Positions 11,485-24,000 of a DNA stretch of 64,000 nt are shown one piece after another (within the stretch, counting starts at the first letter, position 1; each line of letters starts with the position of its first letter). A program made the position numbers and the translations under genes. The notes below the pieces were generated by a model. It had not been told where the DNA came from. It worked only from the letters and a program-made list of their open reading frames with translations, and made no database searches. Origin of the DNA: Lingula anatina (Eukaryota; Animalia; Brachiopoda); NCBI GenBank assembly GCA_051362555.1, contig JBPQGU010000016.1, positions 4,526,001-4,590,000 of the forward strand, in the 5' to 3' direction.

Positions 11485-13690
11485 ATTCACCATTTAGATA
11501 TTGCTCCGGCATCTCAAACTTTTTTAAATCAACGGAAAGAATTCTTTTTTTTTTTTTTTTTTTTTTTTTTGGTACTTTCGTTTGGCCTTTCTTCAGCACC
11601 GTTTATTTTTAGTAAAATACTTAGACGCTTAGTTGGGTATTGGAGAAAAATGGAATCCCCATTGTTGTTTACTTAGATGACGGTATTGTGTCTGAAAATT
11701 CTCTAGAAAAATATATTACATTTAAAACTACATTCTAAAAAAATTAAAATGGATCTGTTTAAAGCAGATTTTGTTTTAAACGCTGAAAAAAGTAAATTAG
11801 AACCAGTCAACAAATTGGAATGGTTGGGGATTATTTGGGACATGGAAGTAAGGGGATTGTTTATTCCCGAAAGAAGGCTTTCTACATGTACTAGTAATAC
11901 TCTGTGTCTTTTAGACGAATTGGTTTCAGATTTACCGTATATAACAGCTATAAAATTGGCGAGGGTTACAGGTAAAATTATTTCTGTTTTATTATTATGT
12001 CTCCATTGATTGGAAATGTATCTAGATAAATAACTAGAGGAAGTATTGGGATTTTAATATTAATATTAAAGACGAATGTCTTGCATTAAAGAATTAATTT
12101 TTGGAAAGACAATTTAGTTTTCTTTTTTTTTTTTTTTAAATGAGAAAAGTCTACGTGTACAAAGCTTGCCTAGTAAGTTAAAAACGGTCTATTCAGATGC
12201 CAGAAAACCCGGTTTGGGACCATTTGTTTTAAATACGAATAAGTTTTTCATATTTAAAGGGATTTAAAGTAGATGAATAATTGGTCATCTGTTTATAGAA
12301 TTTAAAACTCACTTTCTTCGAAGGAGAGATAAACAGACGATCACTGGATCATTGATATAATGGAGATGGCTTTGTTTATGTATTTCTTAGACCGATTTTG
12401 ATGAATTTTTCAGGAACTGTACGAAGTGGGCCAAGGAAGAGATGATTATTTTTTGGTGGTGATCCGGATCAATAATCAATCAAAAATCAATAATAATAAA
12501 AAATCGCTGCCTTGGCGGAGGTCTGCGCTCTAGTTATCAATGGGTTATCGATACAACATGCTGTAATGGAGTTCTGCAACATTGAAGGAAGGAATGGAAG
12601 AAATGGCCATTAGGATCACAATCATTGATCAATGACAGTTAACATGGACATGATTATTGTCCAGGATGAACAGAGATTATGGGAACGATTGCTAGAGTTT
12701 TGTTTTCAAAAATTTTCTTTTTTTCCTTTTTCATGTTTTCTTGATAATGCTATCCTCCAAGACGTGGAGGTTACAAGTAATAAAAGTTTGAAGGCTTTAG
12801 CAGATTCATTACCAGATGTCATTTTGAAGTCAAGAGCAGACAACACAGTGAGAAAATATTCTTACGGCTTCCAAAAATGGCTTGAACGGTGTAATACGAT
12901 CGGTGTGACCTCTTTCTTTACAGCGAAAGATTCGATTGTTGCTTTTTATCTTCAAAATTTGTCACAAACTTGTAATTATTCTGCTGCGGTTTAGACATCT
13001 TTTTACACTTTAAAATGGTTTCATGGTACAGCCAACTGTAAGAAAAATCCGAAATTGCGAGTCAAAATTCGTTATTGTAGTGAAGGAAGCATCTCAGAGA
13101 CGGAAAGATCATAGAGTAACAAAAAAGGAACCTGTAACTGCTAAGCACATTTCTCAATTGGTTACTAATTTTATGAGTTCTGAAGTCACTTTGAAGGCTC
13201 TCCGAGTACTTTCCGTTTGTTTGATTTCATATGCTGGATTCTAATGCAGGGACTAAAGACAGACTGTTTAAGAAACACGGTAGATGGCGATCTGAAAACA
13301 CAAAAGACGGTTATGTTAAGGATACTGTCGAAGAAAGATTATTAGTTTCTAAAAATTTGGGAATTTAATTTTTTTTACTTGTCTTCCTCTTTTTTTTTTG
13401 CTATTTCAAATGTTTTACTTCAGTTTGGCTTCTGTGGCAAGTACTACAAGTTTTAATTGTTGCTTTTTATTTATTTGAATCAAGAGTGAAGAGATTACAA
13501 ATTATTTATGAAATTGAATAGATAAATAAGAACATAATATTAATTTGTTTCACATTGCGCTCCTTCACCCCCCCCCCCCTCCCTTCTCTTGGGTACTTTT
13601 CCTTCTCTCTGTAATGTTTACGATCTTTTGTGAATACGACCAGTGTTAAAAAAGGTAAATTTATTAGTATCTCTAAAATCTTAAATTGAT
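11485..13690 (+). mobile_element. Decayed DIRS-type tyrosine-recombinase retrotransposon (RT, RNase H and YR remnants)
   Basis: RT: VLSFGLSSAPFIFSKILRRLVGYWR, IVVYLDDG, LEWLGIIWD. RNase H: VYSDA. YR: SRADNTVRKY, KKEPVT, CLISYAGF, then a deletion to DRLFKKHGRWRSENTKDGYVKD...LGI* (stop at 13366-13368). Confidence 0.88.
12370..12531 (+). mobile_element. Short interspersed element fragment (possibly Helentron/DINE-1-like non-autonomous) inside DIRS remnant 1
   Basis: ggtggtgatccggatc palindrome and 3' end aaatcgctgccttggcggaggtctgcgctct, resembling a widespread aquatic-animal repeat end; recognised from memory only. Confidence 0.4.
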
Positions 13691-14730
13691 AACTTCAATA
13701 ACTTCCCTTAATCATGGTTATTTTTATTTAACTTTGACCACGGACCCGCAGAATCTTCGAGCGGGCCAGTTTATGTCTATTACTTACAATCGACAGCCAG
13801 GGGGGCGTACAATACAATATATTTCATCCTACGCAAAGCTACTCCCCGAATGTATGAGCATCATCATTTACTTGTTATACCTATCTCCATTGCTATTTTA
13901 GTTTTTGATTTAATATAAACTAGTTGTCCTAGAAAAATATTATGTATGGTGACAAATAGGTCTACGCGGGTAATAGCCTTGTCACAATAGTAAAATAATA
14001 TTCCATAATTTCGCCGTTCTTTGAGACCAATTTCCACAGCAACTCCTCAAATGTGCCATGCACTGTACCAGTTGTAATTTGCATAAGAAAAAGTCGCGCA
14101 TCGCAGTGCAAGCTATGCTCCTGGTTGGTCACTGGATAGCTAGACCCTGTAAGAAGACGACCTGCATTCATTGGTGGTTGGAAGGGTATCACGTGATACG
14201 TCAAAAGATGCGCACGCACGTCAGTCATTTGACGTTTTGCCGTCGAAGAGTGAACATCGAAAGTGAGCTCCCGGCGACGTCTTCCTGCGACTTCGTCCAG
14301 TAAAGCGTTGGCGCAACTGTGTGCGATGCATTGTTTATTGGGGCATTTGCGTAACGTTACGCCGACTTTGTTTCATTATGTATAAATGTATATAAATATA
14401 AATATGGATGCTACAAACTAATAATGAAACACTTGAAAAAATGTGCAATTTATGATCAACAAACCGACGAGTAGAGTTGTAAAATGTCACCGTGGCATAG
14501 GTATCACATCTCTGTCAGTGTGTAGGCCTACTATCCTATATACCTGTAGTGACTGTAGCTTGGGCAGAGTAAAATTTGCTGGCAATGTTGATTTGTTATT
14601 GACTTTAATTTTTCTGTGTATAATTGATAATTTCTTGTTTGAATAAGAATAATAATTAACTCTAGAAATTAAAATAGTAAATTATGACAAGTTGATAAAT
14701 CAGATAACTATAAGAAAGGGCATGTGACAA

Positions 14731-14732
<2 letters not shown>

Positions 14733-14776
<44 letters not shown>
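14733..14776. repeat. Poly-T tract
   Basis: About 44 consecutive T. Confidence 0.95.
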
Positions 14777-14777
<1 letters not shown>

Positions 14778-16244
14778 TGGAAAGTAAGCTTGACCAAAGT
14801 TTAAGGCAAAGAAAATGTAAAATGACAAAATTATCATAAACAAATGGAAGAACTTTGATATGATTATAAACTTTTTATTTCACATATTTCATAAAAACAT
14901 AATTAACAGTATATTTTATTTCTTACATTTTTCTTATAAATTTTATAACTCATTTAACTATTCACAAAATATTGAAATAATATAATAATACTTTTTAAAT
15001 GATTTAAAAGGGTGACAACCTACAAATACATACATAGCACAGGCAAGACTGAAATCCTGATAGAATTCAGATTACTTTAAATTCGTCTTGGTCAGATTTT
15101 AATATCACTTTTTTCAAAACTATAAAATATGCCTTGAATTTCAAGTTAGTTTGCCAGATGCGTACATTACTCAGAGTGAGAAATCATGGTAAATGCATAT
15201 AATAAGAGACAGAAAATGTAATGTATTATCAACATTTACAAATCCTCATATCTGACAGAAATCACAATAAACGAAGTTTTTCCAAGATCTGCAGTATTTA
15301 ATTTTCTCCAAACTCATGAGACTTACTACTCACTTTACTTAATTAATCAAAACTTAACTTACAAAAGATGAGGGGAATTCTCTATGCAGATAATACAATA
15401 TTTGATATTGTGACAAACTAATTTAACATTTGATGACTGAGTAATTAAAAAGCAATCATGTTTATTACAATGTCACACTCCATGAAGGCACAGATTTTGG
15501 AAATAACAAACATCATTCCTGTTATCTCAAGTCTCTAATTTCAGCTACAATCCATAGGCGGTATCCCATTATGAGGTTATAAGCTGTTTCCATTCCCTGA
15601 AATTAAAAAGCAGTAAATGTTTTATATTTGATATTATTATTATTTAACTGGATAAGGCTTCAACTTTTTAGGTAACCTGTTACCATTATACTTAAATATG
15701 ATTTCAATTTTTATGATAGTAAGATTAAAATGAAAGTTTAGGCAAAACAAACACAGAACATGTTTTTGTCAATGTTAACGAAATAGATGAGCAATGGAAA
15801 CATAAGTCACAAGTTTACAACTATGGTATTCCGATGAATTACTTCTCACCTTTATAGTGCACAGCATTTCAAAAATAAAAATTGTAGTCCATGCTGAAAA
15901 AGATATGAGACTTATCATCAGTATTTTAAAAAAATGTTTATTTGATATGTACTTGAGCCAATTACTGTATGTGGCATAAAAGAGTGCTATTATATGGAGC
16001 TACAGTTGAGATATAATAGGCTCTTGTACATCATACACAGTGAATGACAAGTAGTTGTAACTGACTAATACCATGACTAGCCCTTCAACAGTTGTAGGAA
16101 TGTGCTTGTATAGTGATCAGATTGCACATTATGCTTTAAAATACAGACAAGCATGTAAGTGATATACAAGTGCAATTATGCTGTTGTTATAAATGCTGGC
16201 TGTGGGATAACCAAAACAGTACTTTGGCATGCACTATATACAGC

Positions 16245-16770
16245 CTATAATTCTCAAGATCCTGGGGTGCCATTGGGTGCCATAAGCTCTTTTTGCTAAC
16301 CAATATCTAAGCAACATTTCTGACAATTTTGAAAATAATTGTCCGATTGCTTTTTCAGATATTTGATTTGAAAGACGGGGTCTGCGTGATCCAAAATTCA
16401 CTCAAACAAAAATGGCCGTAATTTGCCATGGCACTGCATTGTCTATATATCCCAAGACCCAGGGGTGCTGTCAGTTGCAGGCTACATATTATGTAAAAAG
16501 GTACACGAAAAACGTCAGATTAAGATTTGGAAAAATCTACCGTTTACTTTTTCAGATATATGCTTTTTAATGAGGGAGTTTAACATTATAAAGACGCATT
16601 CCTACAAAAATGGTCGTAATTGGGTATGAAGGATTATACCGTCTATATCTCCAAAGATCCAGGGGTGCCATCGGGTGCCATCGGCACTTTTTGTCAACAA
16701 ATAAATGAGCAACATTACTGAAAAGTTGGAAAAAATCGTCCGAGTGCTTTTCGAGATATTTCACTTGAAA
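16245..16770. repeat. Degenerate ~199-bp tandem repeat, about 3 units
   Basis: aga(t/c)cc(t/a)ggggtgc at ~16257, ~16455 and ~16654, each followed ~100 bp later by a tttt(t)c(g)agatat motif. Confidence 0.7.
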
Positions 16771-17110
16771 GAAGGCTTGTGGTGTGAAAACTTCAGTTTA
16801 CAATTGTCAAACTACATATGAAGCTATGCCTAGTTTAAATTGTCATAAAAACATAAACAGACCAAACACTTGAAAATCACTTCACATGAGTTAAGTTGAG
16901 ATGGTACTGATCGTTGTAAATAGTAAAATGCTTTTAAAATACCCACCAAATTTATGTGCATGCCTCCTAAATAAACGATCCTCCCTGGTGCGTCGAACGT
17001 GCCATTTTGTTTACCTATAACGGAGTGTAAAATTCCTGCTTTTTTCATTGGCTCCCGAAAATCACGTGATACCCTTCCACCCACCACTGACCTGCATTGA
17101 AAGTTTTCAA

Positions 17111-17568
17111 GTGGGTCGAGTCCATTCGATTTGAGGGGTGACAGGTGGGACGAGTCCATTCCATTTGAGGGGTGACAGGTGGGGCGAGTCCATTCCATTT
17201 GAGGGGTGACAGGTGGGGCGAGTCCATTTCATCTTAGGGGTGACAGGTGGGGCGAGTCCATTTCATCCGAGGGGTGACAGGTGGGGCGAGTCCATTTCAT
17301 CTGAGGGGTGACAGGTGGGGCGAGTCCATTCCATCTGAGGGGTGACAGGTGGGACGAGTCCATTCCATTTGAGGGGTGACAGGTGGGGCGAGTCCATTCC
17401 ATTTGAGGGGTGACAGGTGGGACGAGTCCATTCCATTTGAGGGGTGACAGGTGGGACGAGTCCATTCGATTTGAGGGGTGACAGGTGGGGCGAGTCCATT
17501 CCATTTGAGGGGTGACAGGTGGGACAAGTCCATTCGATTTGAGGGGTGACAGGTGGGGCGAGCCCATT
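17111..17568. repeat. 34-bp G-rich minisatellite, ~13.5 copies
   Basis: Unit GTGGG(G/A)CGAGTCCATTCCATTTGAGGGGTGACAG repeated head-to-tail with no spacers. Confidence 0.98.
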
Positions 17569-19230
17569 TCTTTATATCAAAGGATCAATTTATTTTAATT
17601 ATGATTTTAATGAGACATTTTCAAACATATCAGAATATGCAGTTCTAAGTTTTGGGTGGAGGAGCAAATTTCATTGTTCCCATTTCAAAAGTGTGTCAAG
17701 ATCTCTTATATTTTCGTTTTAATTTAAAATTGAAGTGTTCGTCTGATGAGAAGGTCGTGAAATTTGAAACAATTTTCTCTAGCAAACCAAAAACCTTAGA
17801 ATATGGACTTATATTAAATTAAGAAAATTTTATCTGGGAGGATGAACTAATTTATAAATAGATATTAAAAAACCCGTCTCACTATAAAAAATGTAGGACA
17901 GATTTTTAAAAAAGCAATATCGTAAATTCATACAAATTGTATTTATAAATGTGGGCTGTTGGAAATCCTGTAGATGTATTCTTAAAATGCTCTCAATTAT
18001 TTACAAAATACTGGGCATATTAACAAAACTTTTAATCCTTTCGATTTACGACATCCTCTGTTACTGGAGAAATCATCAATCCCAAACACAATGCTTACAG
18101 ATCAGATTTAGCAGATTTAATTAGAAAGTGCTCAAACAATAATATCTTTACAATTTTACCCCTAACCCTCTATTATTATTATTATTAATATTTTATCATC
18201 ATTTCATATGGAAGTGAATAAGAAAACAAGGAATGACAAACGTATTTATTCAATTTTAAAACAAAAGATGCATGGATGTGCGTAGGGTTCCAGAGGGTGA
18301 ATGACAGGCTTGGTTGCTAGCAGCCAGGTGCCGTGCAGTTCTCAGTATCTCAGTGGACTTCTGAAATAAGAAGGTAATGTTAACAATATCTGACTTGTCC
18401 ATAGTTCAGGCTCAGATAGCACCCCAAAAAAGCAATCGATTCTATGTTGCCTAACGCCACATTTAAGACCTGAAGTTAGTAATAAAGATATTTCAGATAT
18501 CTTGCTTTAAAAAAAAAATATTGAAAACACTCCTCTAGTTTGTGTAGGTTATCACTATTTCTTTATTTTACCTACTATATAAAGTTGTAATATCTAAAAT
18601 CGCTTTGCATCACGCGTTTGGGAACCATATTTCGCTTTAGAATAAATCATTTCCCCGTGTTTCAACACTGCTTACAAGCATTTTACAGGTACATGTATAA
18701 TAAAATTAACAAACCTACTAAAACTGACTATCGTTCATGGGGCACGCTTGTCTTAGGATCAAAAGCTCGGAACTGTGACAAGTACGGTACCATCATGTAA
18801 ATATGTCCGTGATCTTTGTGGTAATATGCCCATTTTCTAATTTGCTAAATAATATTTTGAGTGGCATAACAGAAACGACAGGCGACAGCGACAACAAAGA
18901 GTAGTAACATACCCGTAAATACTCGTCGCAAATTTCTTTGCATTTTTCTACTCTCTTTCTATCAACTGACATACGATACTGAAGAAAAAGTGCTACTTAC
19001 GAAACATGCATTTGCTTCTACGCCTCATACGACTGCGTTGCGACTGCACCCGCACGTTGAACATTGCGTCTTCACCTAGCTGTGTCCTACTGCCTACTGA
19101 GCATTCGGAAATACAGCTCGCACTACGATGAGCAAGTAACTGTTATGCAAATTACAGACAGGCATGGCTCATTTCAGGCGAGGGACTATGGTTGAAACTG
19201 TTCACGAATGTTCACGGTCTAATACATGTA

Positions 19231-19504
19231 CATGGCGGATAAAGAGGGAGTGTCAGGGGGGATCCAGACCCCCTCCTCCCTTCGATTTCTGATAAAAAAA
19301 TTACACCCAAAATCTATAGCTGAATAATAGTTATAAACCGTATCAAATGGAGATATTTTCCCTCTAAAACACCCTTTTTCGTGGCCCTCGAGCGTGCCCC
19401 AGACATAACTCCAAAGGGGTGAGGGTCGGCCTTGCACTCCGAGGCCTTGTCAATCCGTAAAAAAAACACCACCACCCTTCCAAAAAATCCTGGATCCGCC
19501 CCAG
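19231..19504. mobile_element. MITE, GGCGGAT...ATCCGCCCC type (hAT-like termini)
   Basis: catggcggat ... aaatcctggatccgccccag; internal similarity to 31571-31783; TSD ambiguous. Confidence 0.6.
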
Positions 19505-20131
19505 ATGTACATGTGGATTTGACTTCTTCATTCACACATTAATTGATCAATAAGACCACGGGCGCTAATATACATGTATATTCCATAATACTGTAAAATG
19601 TATTCATAAATTACTGTTGTACGCGCACCGATACTCCCCCTCGTCGTTATACAATTTTCATACATAACTGTCATTGTAACTCAACGATATTATATTTAAA
19701 ATAGGCCATGTAAATTTGAAAAGCTGTCGCTAGGATCGAGGCCTACCAATGAAATCTAAATATTTTCAAGAACTTTTACTGGGCATAAATACGATTTAAC
19801 CCGATTTATCAAAAGCCAATTGCCACCTCTATATCTCGACTTTTCAATAAGAAACTAGGTAGCATCTAAAAGCTTAAAGCTTCAAAAATTTTGAGACCAT
19901 AACAGAGTCAGCCAAGGGCACGTTTCGGTGCCACATTTGATTACGTCATGATGGATATTTACAGGTGAAGGACCAGAACAGTCTGTCGGAAACAATATAG
20001 AAACAAGGAGTCTGTTGTAACTCATTGGTAGAAATAAGAGACTGAATTTGATCTGAGGACCAGGATAGATCCGTAAATGACGCGTGTCCCATTCACTGTT
20101 CCTGAATTCTAAAATCTAGAGTAAAAATATG

Positions 20132-20265
20132 TGTGAAATCGTTGAGACATTGGAGAGTTTATGTTACTCATGCTTTATTTTTAAACGTTCAGTTCAGTAA
20201 CCATTCACATCGCTTATGTCAATACAGTAAATGGACTAGTCAGCAGGTCAGCAGGTCAGCATGAC

Positions 20266-20299
<34 letters not shown>

Positions 20300-20956
20300 G
20301 TACATAATCTAAAAAAAAACAAACAATAAATAAATAAAATGAATAAATAAATAAAGGAAACTATATAAATACTTATGCATCAAATACATAGGCCTAAGTA
20401 TAATTTACTAGATATATGGAACATTACATTACATTAATTCGGTTATATATAGCGAGACTTGAAATTTGCTATATCTATACAGTAAGCAGAAATGATATGA
20501 AGTTTACCTTTTAATGCAATAATCATAATTAAAACGTTATATAATGAATTACAGGAAGGGTTTTGCAGTTGATAATTAAACCAATGCGTTCTCATATTAT
20601 CATTTATCGTACTTCATATTAATTACCACACCCTACCAGGTGCTCTATCTTATATACCTATTTTTTCACCTTTATAATTTAAACAGAAAACTTATAAATA
20701 CACACTTGACAGTATAAACACTTACATTATGATTTCTCCCTTTGAACTGTTACAATACACTATACTACGTTGGGAAATACGGTTAGCTGCAGGAGAGACC
20801 CTTCTTGTACGGATTCTGGTAGCGTTATGACCGAGAAGCATTCAAATAAGCGCGCTACTCACACAAGTAATGAAAACTACTCATAACTGTTATAGCTAAA
20901 ACAAGGAATCTGTACTTACACCTTGTTTATATAAAACAGGGAATCTGGCACTTACA
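20132..20956 (-). repeat. 3' LTR of the BEL/Pao element
   Basis: Direct repeat of 26971-27795. Preceded on the minus strand by the purine-rich GGAGCCGGGTA (PPT-like). Contains (GCAA)n. Confidence 0.97.
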
Positions 20957-21089
20957 TACCCGGCTCCATAAATAAGTTATACTGAATAAGTTGTACTTAT
21001 TTATCTACAAAACAAAATATTCTAAGTGCCCTTAAAACAAAACAAAATAATATCTTACTGAAATTAACTAGTTACTTCAAATCTCCCGT

Positions 21090-24000
21090 CTAATGTTCAT
21101 TTGGAACTAAAAGAACCAACTTGTTAGAAGGTCTACGGATATCTACACTTTGTGTTTTAAGCAGTACTGCTCTAACATAACCTTCAGAGTCCATCTCTAC
21201 CTCTTTAACACGACCCATGCGCCACTCACAACGCGGCACATTTTCTTCTCGAATAATAACTACATCGCCGATCGCTAGATTTCGACGATGTTTCATCCAT
21301 TTTGTACGACTTTGCAAATTCAGTAGAAACTCTCTTTTCCATCTTGCCCAGAACACATTCGCAAGGTACTGTACTCGTCGCCAACGTTTGCGAAGATACA
21401 CATCTTCTCTCTGGAATACACCTGGAGGCGGAACGGTAACCCGTGATCTGAGCGTCAAAATGTGATTCGGAGTTAGAGAATCTTCATCACGCGGATCCAT
21501 GGAGACTGTCGTCAGTGGTCTCGAGTTGATGATCGCTTCTACTTCACAGAGGAGAGTGTGAAAGGAGTCAGTGTCGAGCTGGGTTCCATGTTCTTGTAAA
21601 AGACCCGTGAGAACTTTCCTAACAGACCGTATCATGCGTTCCCATGACCCACCCATGTTACTTGCTGCAGGAGGGTTAAAATGCCAATCAATGCCTACTC
21701 GACACATATTATCTTGAATGACATCATGTTTCATGTTCTGAAGAGCTTGTTTAAGTTCTTTGTGAGCTCCAACAAAATTTGTTCCGTTGTCGCTCCACAA
21801 CTCTCTAACATTTCCTCGGCGCGCAATGAATCTTCGAAGCACGTTAAGGAAAGTGTCCGTTTCAAGGTTCATGGCAACTTCTATGTGTACTGCCCGACTA
21901 GACAAGCAAGTAAAGAGTACCCCGTATCGTTTGACTTCTTTCCTTCCGTCTTTTACGACAAAGAGTCCAAAACAGTCCACGCCTGATCTGCTAAACGGAG
22001 GAAGCGTTTCATCTACTCTACAACTAGGTAAGTTGGCCATTCTCTGCTGTTCCACTGGACCAGTGAGACGTCGGCACTTAACACAAGAAGCCAGCAAAGA
22101 ACGCACAGCAGCATTTCCACTTATAATCCAATATTTCGTACGAAGGCTTGAGAGCACGTGATTTCGACCTGCATGCCCCAGACGTTCGTGTTCTTGGCGT
22201 ATTATTAGGGTAGTAATATGGCCTTTCTTAGGTAGTATGATTGGATGTTTCGCTTTTTCTGGTAGATTTGCTCGCTGTAATCTTCCACCCACTCTTAAGA
22301 TACCATTGTCAACAATTGGATCCAACTTGTAAAGGTTGCTGGTCTTGTTTACCGTCTTTGCCCGGCTCCGTGTTTGATCTGCATCAGCTGAGGTAAGTTG
22401 GGTAATCTCGTCTTTGTAACTGCGCCAATGTAGCCAACGTATGACTGTGGTCTCCGATTGGGCAATATCCTCGGACGTAATCACCGGAGAGAAACTCGTC
22501 TTAGACTTCTCTCTTTTGCACAACCACTGAACAAATTTTCCATAGATAGCAACTGCTTTGCACAATTTATACCAACTTGAGTAGTGATTCACAAGCTGAA
22601 AGAAAGAATCTTCTTCATCACTGCTCAATGCAAAACACGCTGTATGTTGGATCTCATCGTCCGATTCTGATTGGTCTTGCGTCTGAGAATTTAGTGGGCT
22701 TGCTGGCCATGTATCTTCCTCGGTATACAGAAACTCGGGACCAGTCAACCACCTTGCACTGTCACTCAACTCATCCGCTGATAAACCTCTAGAGGCTTCG
22801 TCTGCACTATTATTTGATGACGGTACGTAACGCCACTGCTCTACACTGGAAAAATCGCGTATCAGTTGAATTCTATTTGCCACAAACACTGGGAATCGCT
22901 TCTTCTCATTGGCTATGTAGCGAAGTACAGTAGTGGAGTCGGTATGGTAAAACACTTTCAAGTCTTCCTCAATTTCTCTCTCTATCATTTTGGCTAGTCG
23001 CACTGAGGTAACTGCAGCGGTAAGTTCGAGTCGTGGGATTGACATAGTCTTGATGGGTGCGAGTCGAGCTTTTCCTGCTACAAAGAAAACATTTATGTTT
23101 CCTGCATAATCCTTACATCGAAGGTAGGCAACTGATCCATAACCATAGAAGCTGGCATCTGAGAAGACATGGAGCTGCACTTCACCATGTGGGAGACAGT
23201 CTGAAAGTTTGAAACAGCGGTTTATTTTTACATTTTCTAATGCTAATATCGAAGATGACCATTTGCTCCACCTTTCTTGAAACTTCTCCGGTACATCATC
23301 ATCCCATCCTACATTTCCGTCACGACAAAGATCCTGTAGTATTTTCTTCGCTGGCAATATCACCGGAGCCACAAAACCAAGTGGGTCATAAAGCGAAGAA
23401 ATGACGGAGAGAATCCCCCTTCTAGTTGATGGTTTGGCTTTTAGCTGTATGGAAAACTCAAACTGATCTGTCTCAATGTTCCATTGTACCCCAAGCGTCT
23501 TTGTGATTGGTAGCTCATCATAATGGATATCAATTGAGGATATTTCTTTGGAATGCTCAGCCTTGGGTATAGAGTCCATAACTTCAATGCTATTGCTGGC
23601 AAACTTGGTAAGATGGAATCCTCCGCTTGCACAGGTTTTCTGAAGATCATCTACCAGTCTGATGGCGTCATAGGTAGACTTCACAGATTTAATACAGTCG
23701 TCTACATAGAAATTTCTGAGAAGAGTTTTACTCACTTCAGAATTTTCTGCTTCAGCCCCAATTTTCTTCAGAACAAAATTGGCAACACTAGGAGAGGAGA
23801 CAGCACCAAAAAGATGAACGCTCATCTGATATTCTTGCAAGTCGCTGTTCAAGTCACCGTTTTCCCACCACATGAATCTCATAAAACTTCTTTGTTCTAA
23901 TGGAACCCGGACCTGAAAAAACATGGATTCTATATCGGCAATGAATGCGGTTTGATGCTGACGGAACCTACAAAGAACTCCCACTAAGTTGTTGGCCAGA

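Larger units (their letters stand above)
14169..17089. mobile_element. 2.9-kb non-autonomous TIR DNA transposon with 9-bp TSD
   Basis: 29-bp TIR CA(T/G)TGGTGG(T/G)TGGAAGGGTATCACGTGAT at 14169-14197 / 17061-17089. Direct repeat ACCTGCATT at 14160-14168 and 17090-17098. No transposase ORF seen. Confidence 0.85.

Noticed and set aside
17111-17568. CRISPR array (34-bp repeat)
   Set aside because: No unique spacers, no cas genes, eukaryotic context; it is a plain minisatellite. The overlapping repetitive ORFs are artefacts.
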